Shown here piece after piece: positions 52,163-63,719 of a DNA stretch of 64,000 bases (position 1 is the stretch's first letter; every line of letters begins with the position of its first letter). Source of the stretch: Lama guanicoe (taxonomy: Eukaryota). Made by a program: the position numbers and the translations under genes. The stretch is taken from positions 2,618,524 through 2,682,523 of the forward strand of contig MU053873.1 of NCBI GenBank assembly GCA_013239625.1, read 5' to 3'. The notes beneath the pieces are model-generated. The model was given only the letters and a program-made list of their open reading frames with translations, had not been told where the DNA came from and searched no databases.

Positions 52163-52913
52163 CAGCGGTTCTCAAGGTGTGGTCCTGAGATCTGGGTCCC
52201 AGAGAGAGATTAATTTGTCTGTTTCATCTCACTCCACGAGTGCACAGTGGAGTTTTGCAGAGGCTACATGGATATGTGATACTGTAACAGATTGCATGCA
52301 GAAGCAGATATCAGAATTCAACAGACTCTGTTTTCTAGTAAGCCAAACTTAAAGAGATTTACCAAAAAACAACAATGCTGTCTTCTCATTAAATTTATTT
52401 TGTTTTGGAAACAATTATCTTTCATAAAGAATGTGTAGTTTATGTCAGCATGCAGTGTTTACCATTGTTATTGTTATTTTTCAATGAATTAAGAAACAAA
52501 TCTTTTTAAAATCTCAGTTTTCATTCCCAGTATGGTAATGAATTGATACACAAGTCTTTCTAAAATATCTCAGTTCTAATTTCTATATGGTAGACTCTCT
52601 CTATGCTAATACCTCTCTCCTCTTTCTTTTCCTCTCTGTGAGCTGTTCCCTGTCCTTGGAGAACTGAGCACGGCTGCCTCCCCTAGACTGAGCGCCACGA
52701 AGTCCAGGGTGATGCCCATCTGCTTCTGACTATACCCTGGGCGCCCCACCCGGTGCTTCACACAGAGGAGGGACAAGGAGATTTTGTTGAATGAGTGAAA
52801 TGAGGGGCTAGCTGAGCCTTGTGAATGAGCAGTGTCCAAGCAGGCTCGAGGGTGACCATTCACTGTATGCTAAGAGGATAAAGGGGTCTTAGGACCAAAA
52901 TGTTTGAGAACTG
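52163..52913 (+). mobile_element. Charlie1-like hAT transposon derivative, interrupted at ~52595-52865
   Basis: Left TIR cagcggttctcaaggtgtggtcc; internal tgcagaagcagatat...ttaaagagattt; right end ggggtcttaggaccaaaatgtttgagaactg. Confidence 0.8.
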
Positions 52914-53289
52914 ACACAACAGACTTGCTGTGGATGGTGTGGTCCAGGGAGACATCTCTGGGGAGGTGACATTCGCCTAAGACCTGAGGGCCCCAAAGTC
53001 AGCCACGTGAAAAGCAAGGAACACATATTCCAGGCAAAGGGAACAGCCGGTGCAAAGATCCTCAGGAGAGAACAGGATAGCTGTGTCAGAGGAGCAGAGG
53101 AACAGGTCGGCAGCCTGGCATCCCTGAGAGTGGGGCAGTGCCTCTGTACATGCTGACTGCGTAAACGGTTTCTAGGTGAATAGAGGGAGGGAAGGAAGGA
53201 GTCAGGAGAGAGAAGCAGAGAAGAGACATGGCTTTTCTGTGATGCACTGTCCTGGGCACAAAGTAGTGCTATTTAAAAATACAGCAATA

Positions 53290-53397
53290 GTATTTTGATG
53301 GTTACACAACAATGAGAACGTACTTAATACCACTGAACTGTGTATTTTAAAATGGTGAAGACAGCAGATTTTATGTGTATTTTCCCACAATTATAAA
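53290..53397 (+). mobile_element. L1MB-like 3' terminus
   Basis: gatggttacacaacaatgagaacgtacttaataccactgaactgtgtattttaaaatggtgaag. Confidence 0.85.
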
Positions 53398-55645
53398 TAC
53401 CCAGTTGTAGTGACTTTAAAGGTCATGGTCTTGAGCAGAGACTGGGAGAGCCTCCTCCTGTGCCACTGGTTCCCCCCTCCCCCAAATTACGCATCCCTCT
53501 GCCTCCTAAACTACAGCCATTCCTTGGGTGTGAATTGGTTTCTAATTTCAAAATGGTAGTTTAAACAAGAGAAGCTGCATTCATGGGTGAAAAGACAATG
53601 CTCAGTTCACACTCCATGGCCGGATCCGTGTAAAAATATTTTTAATCTACAGCAGAATTTCCATCCCTGGGAGGCAAGGACATGGAAAATGTCTTCTGCA
53701 GTCTGTTAAAGTAAAACAGTGGGTCGCTGGATAAACTCTCAAGAGGGCCTTCAGGGTCTTTGGTTGGAATGGAACCAGTCTCCCCTGCCAGGCATCCCCC
53801 CAGCTCAATATGTCCCCATCTACTCAAGCACAGCCCTCAGGCAGGGACCACAGTGGCCCCTCCCTCCATGCTGCCTATTAAAAGACTGAACTGCCTCTTT
53901 CTACCGGGAGGCCGGCTTCCCAGCCCATGAGGTCCTGCTCCTAATGACTTGATGTTCAGTGGCGTCAAGGCCAGGGTGAGCATCAGCAGGCCTGGGGCCA
54001 GGGTTAGGGGGAGGAGAGTTGCCTACACAGGTAAGAGTCAAGAACACGAAAACACACACACACACACACACAGAATCTGAGACTCCCACCACCATCATCA
54101 GTCTCAAAGGTGGGCGAGTCCCATTCCTTCTGCCTCCAGAAGGTTCGTTATCCAACAAGACACATTTTTGCCTTCCTGGGGCCAGGACCAGCCTCTCAGA
54201 AGCTCTCCGTGCCTGCATGGCCCCCTTGCAGCCATACAGGACTCCGAGGCTTCCTCTCTAGTAAGATTCTCATGTAGACTTCCAGCCCATGCCCACGTGC
54301 CCTCGGATGTCTTCCTGGAGCGGAGCATCACCAGGGGACTGGAGTGATGTGCTTTTCAGTCGGCCCTTCTCCCAAGACATTGCTGTCACCTGCCTGGCAG
54401 GAACACGGCCCCCTCTGCTTTCCAGTCATTGCATAACTACCTCCAACCGGGGAAAGCGTTTCTAGGTCTTATTTCTCTTAAGATGGACCTAAGGATGGTC
54501 CTCCTTTCAAGAGGTTCTAACCAGTTTTCTAAAATTTGACCAGAACGTAATATAAGCAGGACTCAGAAATGTTTCTGAGCCTCTTGCTTTGTGTGCAGTG
54601 GAGCAAGGTGGCCACAAGAGGGCAACAGGCACCTGCTTCCCTGATGCAGGCCCCATCCCCGCCTCGCCAGCAGCCAAGCCACCTCCTCCAAGCTCTTCTT
54701 GATGCATCACCTCTTCTTGCCTTTGCAGCTCAGGCCTCTGGATCACCCCTTCAGGCCTCACCGCCAGTTCCACTAGATTGGCTCTGAGTCCCTGGCTGAC
54801 AGTGAGGCTCTCAACCCCAGAGCAGTATTCAATGACCTGAGCCACCTGCCTACAAGGCCACTAGGCAGGCCTCTGACCCTGCCCCTGAGCGGATCCAATC
54901 CTCCAGGCCCTGCCATGAGCTGTCCTCACCCACAGACCCTTACTACCAGACTAAGCCAGTAAAACTGGTCCCTCTTCCCACCCTCCTCGACCTGGTACCC
55001 CCTCTTACCCACACCCAGGAATCCCTAGCCTCCTAGCTTCTCCTCTCTGCTCCCAAAGGATCCTCCCCCAGCCTTGCAGAGATCAAAACTCCCTTCCGGC
55101 CAAACTCTCATCTCAGGGCAGCTAAATTGCATAGAAATTAGAAGAGGAAGCTGATCTAATTTATACCAACGTGTAAATGGGTGATAGATTTATAACCCTT
55201 CTGACTATCTCAATCTAAAGTTTTATGTCCTAGGGCTTCCAAAACTCGAAAGTCCCTAAATCAAGGACTCTAGGCCCTGGCCTGGTGACTGATGAGTCCA
55301 TACATAAAGGCATATCCTCTGTACACACCAGACAGGCATAGGCATTTTTAGGGCTACAAAAGCTGCGTCCACGTGTTTGGACTATTACAACTATCAGGCT
55401 ATTATTTAAAAGAACCAAAACACAGATGCAGATTATAAGGGGTTAATAGGCTATGTCCTGTGGCAAAACCTTGAAAGTTGACTATGCTTCTGAGCCCACC
55501 CCGGCAGACACCACTCCTCCATTTGGCCTGAGCCTCACCCCAGTCCCGGCACCTCCTTTAGAGTACTGAGATCTTTACTGGCTTCACATGGCTCTTCCCC
55601 AGAGCAGTCACCACGTCCGACACCACTACCTCCACCTCTGCCTGT

Positions 55646-55976
55646 GTTAGTTAAGTCCAAACCTGTGTTAGCCCAGTCCCAGCCATGCCGATATCCAAGC
55701 TGTTAATAGTAATTGTTACGAGGAGTGTTAGACCTGTTGTTAGTCAGAAAGAAATCCACAAGCCGTTAGTTTCTGCTGAAAGGAACAGATCAGGAGGGCA
55801 GGAGTTAGTCAGGTGAAGGAGAGGTTAATTAAGAGCAGGTCAGAGCCAGGCCAGGAGCCTGGAGCCCCCAGATGGGCAAGGTTGGCTGTTAGTGGTCAGC
55901 CCCCCTGGGGCAGCCAGGGCAGGCGGGGATTAGCTGGGTGAGAGCAAGAGTTAGTGCAAGGGAGCCAGAGATTAGC
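55646..55976 (-). repeat. Second cluster of ACUAAC/CUAAY motifs
   Basis: GTTAGT at 55646, 55739, 55765, 55804, 55888, 55950; GTTAGC 55667; GTTAGA 55727; ATTAGC 55929 and 55971. Confidence 0.92.
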
Positions 55977-56254
55977 CCAAAGAGACCAAGGTGCCTACTG
56001 GAGGTGAGGCATAAAATCACCCCCAGGTGTGGCCCTGGCTTAGCGGCTGGCGGGCTCTGGGGGAGGCACACTGGGGTCGGGCCGTGGGTGCGAAGAGGAC
56101 AAGAAGCCAGGGATGAATTTCTGGCTGGCCTGAGGGGCTGTGGGACCCTGTGGGCCCCTAGGGTTCATTTGTTGCTTCCCACTTCTTCCCCCTGCCAATC
56201 CTGAACCCAAGATCTGCTTTCTTCCCAGCTTTCTCAGATTTCCTGGTGTAGACA

Positions 56255-56700
56255 GTCCTTCTCAATGACTTCCAGTGGGAAAAATGACTCACACCTACTT
56301 CCAGTGTGGGAAACCTGGATCTCCCACCTCTGGGGATGGGGAGGGCTCTAGCCAACTTCCTGTTGTAGGAAAGGCCCCTCTCACTGATCTCCTGGCCATT
56401 CCTTCTCACCGTCTGGTGATAAGGCGAAATCCCCCTCTCACTGACTTCCGGTTTAAGAAAAACCCTTCTTCCCGTCCCTCAAATAGGAGAAATGCCCCCT
56501 CACACTGACTTCCTGAACTAACTACTCAGTGATTCCCAGTGTGGTTAAGACCCTTTCAGTGACTTCCAACTGGGGAAGTCTCCACTAGCTGACTTCCGGT
56601 GTGGGACACGCCCTTTGCTGACTTCCGGTGTGGGACGCCCCCCCCTCATTGATTGCCTGTGCGGCACCAAGCCTCTACCGGCCACTTTCCAGTGGAGAGG
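56255..56700. repeat. Degenerate ~30-bp tandem array with TGACTTCC(G/T)G core (ETS-like CCGGAAGT on the minus strand)
   Basis: ACTTCC at 56268, 56297, 56355, 56444, 56508, 56562, 56592, 56621, with variant cores near 56387, 56532, 56652, 56684; spacings mostly ~29-32 bp or about double. Confidence 0.85.
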
Positions 56701-57120
56701 ATTCTACCCTTGCTTCCGTCCAAAGAAAGCCACACGGGTGCCTTCTCTGCTCCCTTAGCTGGGAAGAGCCCTGTGCTCCACATCCTAGACCCACAGGCCT
56801 CCCCACAGTCACACCCCAGAGGTTTCCCGGCTCCCGCCCACTCCCAGTAGCAACCAGACTTCTGTGCAGAGGTGAGATGCTGTGCTCAGAGGCCAGCCAG
56901 CCTCCCATATCTCCAGGACCACCTCTTCCTCTGGGCCGCTGGTGTGGATAATAGGGCCGTCCATCCCCTGCCTCAGACGTGGCCCAGTGGACTCTGAACT
57001 CACAGCCAATTGGGGCTGCAAAGTGGGGCATCTGTCTCTGCCAGGCCAGCCCCAGGACCTCTGCTTGCCAGAAGGAGGGGGACCAGCCCCCAGGGGCGCC
57101 CAGAGCTCGGCAGGGCTGGG

Positions 57121-57928
57121 GTTAGTAAGAAGAGAAAACAGGGTTAGTAGGGGCTGGGTTAGTAAGTCAGAGCACAGCACCAGCGGACAGGGGCACCTCA
57201 GCAGACACACACGGGAGGCACTAGGAGAAAAGAAGAACGCACACAGGTCCATTAGTTCGTTAAGGGGTGGTCGGGGTGCAGTTGAGGCCCCCCTGGGGTT
57301 AGATGGGTTAGTAATTGAACAAAAGAGCTGCCTACGGGAAGGAAGCTGAGGAGGAAGTGTGGGGAAGAGATGGTTAGGGGTTCAAAGCGAGTGTCTGGCC
57401 CCAGGCAGAGGGGTCTGTGTGCAGACCACCCAGAGGGACCAGGGCCTGCCCTGGGACATGAGCGGGCAGGTTTTCCGAGTCTCCCACCCCCACCCTCATG
57501 CATATCCAGATGTGTATTCAGTATCTGCCCTCTGTCAAAAGCTTCATCTTCCTGGGAATCCTCACTGCAACGTGTGGGTGAGGATCAGGCCACTCACTCT
57601 GCTGCTGAGGAAACCGGGGTTCAGAGAGGGCAAGTGACTGGCTCAAGTCACCCGGCGGGAAGTGGCAGAGCTGGCGAGTCCGATTTGCATGCCCTGTCCT
57701 GCAGTGTGGGTCTGCACAGAGCTCCCAGGCCTCGGGCAGGGCCTTCCGGAGCCTCGTCTGCCCCCACATCCCAGCCCCTTGAAAGGCCCGTGAGCTGCAA
57801 GGTTAGTAGGGTCTGGCCGCGGGGGGTTAGTAGGGCATGCTCGGGCCTGGTTAGTGGGTTAGTCGGTTGGCAGAAGGCCAGGCACCTCGTCACACGCCAC
57901 AGCGTCCCGGCCGAGCCCTGGGTTAGTA
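57121..57928 (-). repeat. Cluster of 7 perfect UACUAAC motifs (consensus YTACTAACC) plus CACTAAC (57850), GACTAAC (57858) and ACTAAT (57251)
   Basis: Read directly as GTTAGTA on the plus strand at 57121, 57143, 57158, 57307, 57802, 57826 and 57922. Confidence 0.97.
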
Positions 57929-59699
57929 GGTTAATCACACCATGCAACACTGCCCCCAGCCCCTCCAGCTGCAGCTCCAGAGGCCTCCCGCCCCCAACCA
58001 GCCAGGGAGCTGGGCCTGACCAGGGCAGGGGGTCTGCCTCCAAGCTCCTCAGCCCCACCCGAGAATCAAAGCTATCCACGTAGACCCGGCCCCCATAAAT
58101 TTTTCTTCCCTACTTCTCAGCCATGGGTCTCCGGGGCGCTTCCCCAGACACTTCAGTTCCCCTGAAAATGGACGCTGCTCCTTCCAGCTGGAAACCCCCT
58201 GCCTGGTTCTGGTCATCCCCTTCCCGGAAGGCTGGATCCTGTCACACTCAGGTGCACGCACACACTCGTACACACACCAGCATATTCCCACAAGAGGTCT
58301 GAGGCCCCGGAGCCACTGTGTCCAGTGGACAGCTCCTCCATCACCAACCGCCAAACCTGTGGCTACTCCAGCCCCTGGCCTGCCCTCCCCGCAACACTGA
58401 AACTGCATAGAGCTCGCCTGACCCCCGGCACCAAGTTCACACTTCCTGGCCCCAGGGAAAGGGCTGCCTTTCCAGCCGATGCTGCGAAGCAGCTGAGTGT
58501 GCCCTAGTTTTGTCATCTTTTATCACAGTTGCAGTTTTCCCACAGAAACCGCAGCCTAGGATCCAGTAATTCCAACTGATGCTCTGGAAGAAAAGGGTTC
58601 TGTTGCCGGTAAACTTTGGGAGGTAAACACTTAATCCTGTATCTGTCCTTGAATATTCACAATACCCAGCAGCACTTTTAAAGGCTCTGATAAGTCCTGC
58701 ACTGCAGAAACCTACCGAATTTGAACTTTTTTTCTTTTTTTTTTTATAAGAGCAATGACATTTCCTAGAACTTACTTTGGGGCTATCTGCACTCATTTCT
58801 CCCTGAGGCTCTCAGCTAAGCCACCTCTTTCTCATCCTCCAAGGTCCTGATTAGTTCAGCCTTGCTGGGAAGTCTTTCCAGCCTCCTCCGGGATCTTACT
58901 CCCACACACTCAAGCACTTAGAACCTGTGCCTCAGTAGACTGCTTCCTGCTCCATCCTCCAGTTCTCTGTGTGAGCTGGTTTTCTCCCACTCAGCATGGC
59001 TGTGCAACCCTGAAGGTTTGAATCAGGGCCGTAACTTCAATTATATTCCCCTCAAGTGAGTCACACAGGGAAGGGCTCACATTAGGTGCTCAATCCTGAT
59101 GAGAAGAGTAGATAATAAATTCCCCAGGAAGCATTTGGAGCTACTAGGGAGGCCATGCAGTGCCACCGATTCCTCGATCTGATTAGGGAGAGATATTAAG
59201 AATACAAGAGGGGGAGGACTAGTCAGAAATGCCTCTGGATCAAAGATGCTGGGCTTACCGCCCAGGGGGCTCGGAATAGATGTAAACTACACGTAAACTC
59301 CCAGAGGAGCGTTAATTGAGCACCTACTAAGAGTCAGTCGCTGTGCCAGACACGTGATTTCACTGATTTTTCCCTGTGCCCCTACGGTGAGCAGATGGCT
59401 CATTTCAGAGCAGAAATCAGACTCACAGGGGTGAGGTGACTGGGTGGTACAGCAAAATGCACACCCTCTGGCTCCAAAGCCCAAGATCTTCCCAAGACAC
59501 CCCTCTCTCGGGAGCTCCTCCTCGCTGCACTGGGTCTGGCCGGTTCTGTGTCTCCCCAAGGCACCCGGGGCCACCCTAGCACGTTACCCCCCAATACTGT
59601 CTCTATTACCCATACCTCTGCCCCTCCACCCCCTCCCTTTTGGGGGCAGGAATTCTAAAGGGGCGATGACACCAGCTTTCCATGCTTGTGGTGACCACC

Positions 59700-60092
59700 T
59701 ACTATGGACTGAATTGTGTCCCCTCCAAATTCATAGGTTGAAGCTATAACTCCCAACATGACTGTGTTTGGAGATAGGCCTTTTAAGGAGATAATTAAGG
59801 CTAAATGAGGTCATAAGGATGGGACCCTGATCCCATAGGACTGGTGTCCTTATAGGAAGAGGAAGAGACACCAGCTAGCTAGCTATTTCTCTCCCTCTCT
59901 CTTCCTCCCTCCCCCTCTGTGTGTGTGTGTGTGTGTTTCTACCTGTGAGCCAAGGAGAGAAGCCTCACCAGAAACCATCCCTGGCCCCTTGGTTTTGTAC
60001 CTTCAGCCCCCAGAACTGTGAGAAAATCCATTTCTGCCAGTTCAGCCCTCCACGCATGGTATTCCGTTAATGGCAGCCCAAGCTGACTCACC
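59700..60092 (+). mobile_element. MLT1A-like LTR with internal (CT)/(GT)n expansion
   Basis: tatggactgaattgtgtcccctccaaattcat...tttggagatagg...ccagaactgtgagaaaat...atggcagcccaagctgact. Confidence 0.88.
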
Positions 60093-63000
60093 CAGGTCCC
60101 CTCCCCACCCCCAGAAAAGGACACTGGGCTCCTAGACTTGCCTAAGGAAGGCCACAGCTGCTCCTGTGCGAGCACTGGGACCGGCCCCTCTTAAGGAGCT
60201 GGAGGGAGTGAACAGGGAGGCAGGCAGGCCAGTGAGCCCGCAGCCGCAGCCGCAGCCACGTGATGGGGGAGCTGCCTGATGTGTGTGGAGCCTGACACTG
60301 CTCCCCAAGGGCAGGAGTGTGACAAGGAGCAGGAGTCTGAGATACGGCTGGGGTGATCCCTCAAGCCTTGGGGTGAGGCTGATTCCAGACCATTCCCTTT
60401 GGAAGGCGAGAGCAAGGCTCAGCGTCTGTCTCCTTCTGGCGAGCCTCCCCAGCCTGGGTCTCCTCATCCCCTGGAAACTCTCTCCGTCCAGGATAGCTCT
60501 ACCCCTCCAGCTGCCCCTCCCAGAGCTCCACAACTCAAGGGGAAGGCCCAGGCTGCCCCCCACCCCGGTCACCATCCGGGAGAGCAGAAGCGCAGGAAAG
60601 CCCCATCCAAGAAGCCCCCACAAGAATGAGCGTCACTCACTCACACAGCCAACGGCACAGGGCAGACCCAGCCGGCGGCGCCCCGGGAGCTGCGTCCACC
60701 CTCCCTCCCACTGGCAGCTCCTCTTTGACACCCAGTCCTGTGATCCTGCCCCTGTCCTATAAGGTCCTTTAAGACCCAGCCTTGGCGAGGTGTGGTCAGT
60801 CAGGCCCTGGCCCAGGCTGAGCTCTGGTCTCCAGCAGGGCTGCCAAGAGAAATCAGGTCCACTCGGGGTCAGGAAGGGCCTCCAGGCCTGGACAGAGGGC
60901 CCAGCAGGCAGGTCCAGACAGACGCAGCGGGGACGGTGGGCTGCCGGCCTCCCTCACATCCCTCGAGCTGTCCTCCAGAGCCAGGTCCTGATCTCAGCTG
61001 AGAACCATCCCAGAGGGGCCTGTACCCATGGCAGGCTCCATCCCAGGAGTCAGGAAGGATGAGGTCTTCAGGGAATTGTCCAGGGTTCCAGTATTGTCCA
61101 GAAGGCCGCTTCCTGTGTCACCATGGCCAGAGTCTAGGGTCACCCGGGCTCCAAAGAGAAGACCTGGTCAGGAGTCCTGAGATGCAGCCAGGGCAGAGCC
61201 GCCTGGAGGGGGCACAGCAGTCTAGAATAAGAGCACAGCCTCCATCCCCCAGCTCCCCACAGCCCAGCCCCACACCCGGGGGGTGGGCACCTTCAAAGAC
61301 GCCCAGTCTCCCTCCTGTGCCACCAGCACTTAGACAGGGTGCGGTGAGGGCTTGGATGCTAGTAACACGTAAAGAGGATGCCCCACCTGGACAGGGCTGT
61401 CACAGGGGATAGAAAAGCAACAAGCCCAGGGTCAGCCCCGCGGGCGTCACAGGCAGACAGGGAGAGTCCAGGTGGGCAGGAAAGGCCTTCACAGCCTCCC
61501 AGCTGAGGGGCCCTCTGTACCACCCTCCCCCAATACACACACACACACACACACGTGCACACCTCCCAGGACGGGGAGCTCATCTCCTCACTGAGACGAT
61601 GACAGAGCATGTTCTTACCTGAAGATCAGAGAGGGCGGAACCACATCTCATGTTGCCCTCTGGGGCCTCAGCATCTCGCTGGGAGAAGGCGCTTGGTCCA
61701 CGTTTGTGCTGAATGAAGGAATGGGCTGAAATCTCTGCCAGGAACCCACCCGGAGTGGTCTTGATTCAGTCCCACCCCCTCCACCGAGACCACACAGAAC
61801 AAGCCTTCCAGCCCCTCGACTCCAGACAGGAGTGTTTGGGCCAGGTCTGGGTACCTGGGGAAGGCCCTGGGTGGGGAGACAGTTATCCCCAAAGAAACTC
61901 AGCCTAATGGAACCCCCTTGCTCCACACCTACCCAGGCTTACCTGGCAGCGCCCAGCCAACACTTTGGCAGCCCGAGCTCAGCTCCCAGCTCCTCCCCCA
62001 CGTAGACCCCCGCAGGCCCATCCTGGAAGACAAAGGAGCCAACCACGGCGCAGGAGAAAACCGCGCCCAGGCCCCCTCTCCATCCCGGGCCGGGCCAGAA
62101 CTCTGCTGACAGGAAGGCCCCAGGAGCTAGGGAGGCTGGGCCCAGACACACCGGCCCCCCACCTCCCTTCCTCCCACCCCCGAAAACCCTCCTTGGCCTT
62201 TGCCCACCTCCCTGTTGCCCGCCAACCACAGAATGTGACCCCTGGAGAAGGCAGGACAGACTCAGCTTGACGACAGTTCAAGTGAGCACTGAACAGAGCC
62301 AGCATCCAGAGCTCTGATCCCAGCCCTGCCATCCTGTGCAGTCCTGGGAATCCGGCCCTCTCTCTGGGCCACAGGGCCCTTCTGGTCCTGACACTCACCC
62401 ACGGCGCACGGTAACAACCCCGAGTCTGAGGCCCTTCCACTCAGACTCAGTTACCTTTCTGCCCCGCGCCCCCGTCCCCCTCCCCATCTCTTTTCTGAGG
62501 CCCCAGGCACCAGAGGAAGCTTGCAGAGCCAGAGGGTGGGCTGGGACTCTTTGATGACCACCCCATGTTACCAGTCTGAGAAGACCAGAGAATGCCCACT
62601 CATCGTGACCCAGCATTGTCTCCCAGGGTTTGCTTTCAGTGACAGCTAAGCTCTGTTCATCAACTGGCAGACCTGGGCCTGGGAGTCAGGGGTCCTCTCA
62701 GCGTATTTTTAGAGCTTGCTGTCAGCTCCCGGACTTGGCTCACGGGTCCAGGGCTGGAGAGGTACTCAGACCCTTACACTGCCAAGCATGTGCCCGAGGG
62801 TCACGGTGCCAAGGTCCCCACTTGATTGCCACGCGAAGGGCCCCTAGCCAAGTTTGAGAAGATGTCAAAGGGCCAGAACTGAGAAGGGAAGGGCCAGCCC
62901 AAATCACCCGGAGTCCCCAGCCTCCTCCTGACACCGGATTTACAGGTACTCAAGATGAAGTCACTCAACTCAGGTCCTCAGAAGTTGCTGAGAGTGGAGT

Positions 63001-63719
63001 TTATAAAATTCTAGCCTTGATGCCAAAAGTGGGCTGTGAAAGTTACTTTCTGGGGCCCCAGAAAACGGAGACGAGCTCTTTGTGGCCTCAGAGGTAGGAA
63101 AGTGAGTGAGCCACATCGCTGATTTCTTCCCCCACCTTGGGGATTCTGGGATACTGGACTTTCCTGCACCGACCAGGAGAGGGCAGGCTGGTAGGCTGGG
63201 GGCTGGTACTTTTGAATACTTATCTGCAAGGCTCCTTCCCAGGGTGATCATGAACATCTCGAAGAACCCGGAAATTCCCTTCTTTCTCCTCTGTCCCAGG
63301 AACTTGCTGCAGTCTGTAAACAGACCGTGCACTGCTCAGAGCAGCACTGTTTGAATACAGTGACCCTCTCCCCTGGCCCTGGGGCCCCAGAATCCCTGAT
63401 ACGACAAAGGCAATGGAGATTTCAAGGGAAACTTTAGCTCCTGCATCAAGCTGACAGCTGTCTAGGAGGGTATCAAGGGCTTTGAGGTCAGACAAATATT
63501 GGTGAGACAGTGGCTTCCAAATCCAAGGTTAATCATTCTCAAAGGCTTAGCCCGTGCCTGGCACAGAGTTAGTGTTCCAATAATTATTTTCCCCAGTTAA
63601 TGATTTAAATCTTTGGGTAACACTGATGTCCCAGAAATGTGGGCCACATTTATCCTGCAGGATTCTATGCCTCCTGGGGCAGGGGGCTGTATATACCTCA
63701 CTTAGGAAGCACAGATCAA

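Noticed and set aside
56255..56700. CRISPR-like repeat-spacer reading of the ~30-bp array
   Set aside because: Mammalian DNA; units are degenerate tandem copies with related spacers, not identical repeats with unique spacers; no cas genes
57175..57195. REST/RE1-like CAGCACC-AGC-GGACAG (also a partial site at 47682-47702)
   Set aside because: The spacer is 3 nt rather than the canonical 2 in the first, and the GGACAG half-site is broken in the second; not supportable without ChIP
57370..58083. 237-aa plus-strand ORF
   Set aside because: GC-rich low-complexity frame, antisense to the UACUAAC motifs, includes a MIR-like fragment, and resembles no protein I recognise
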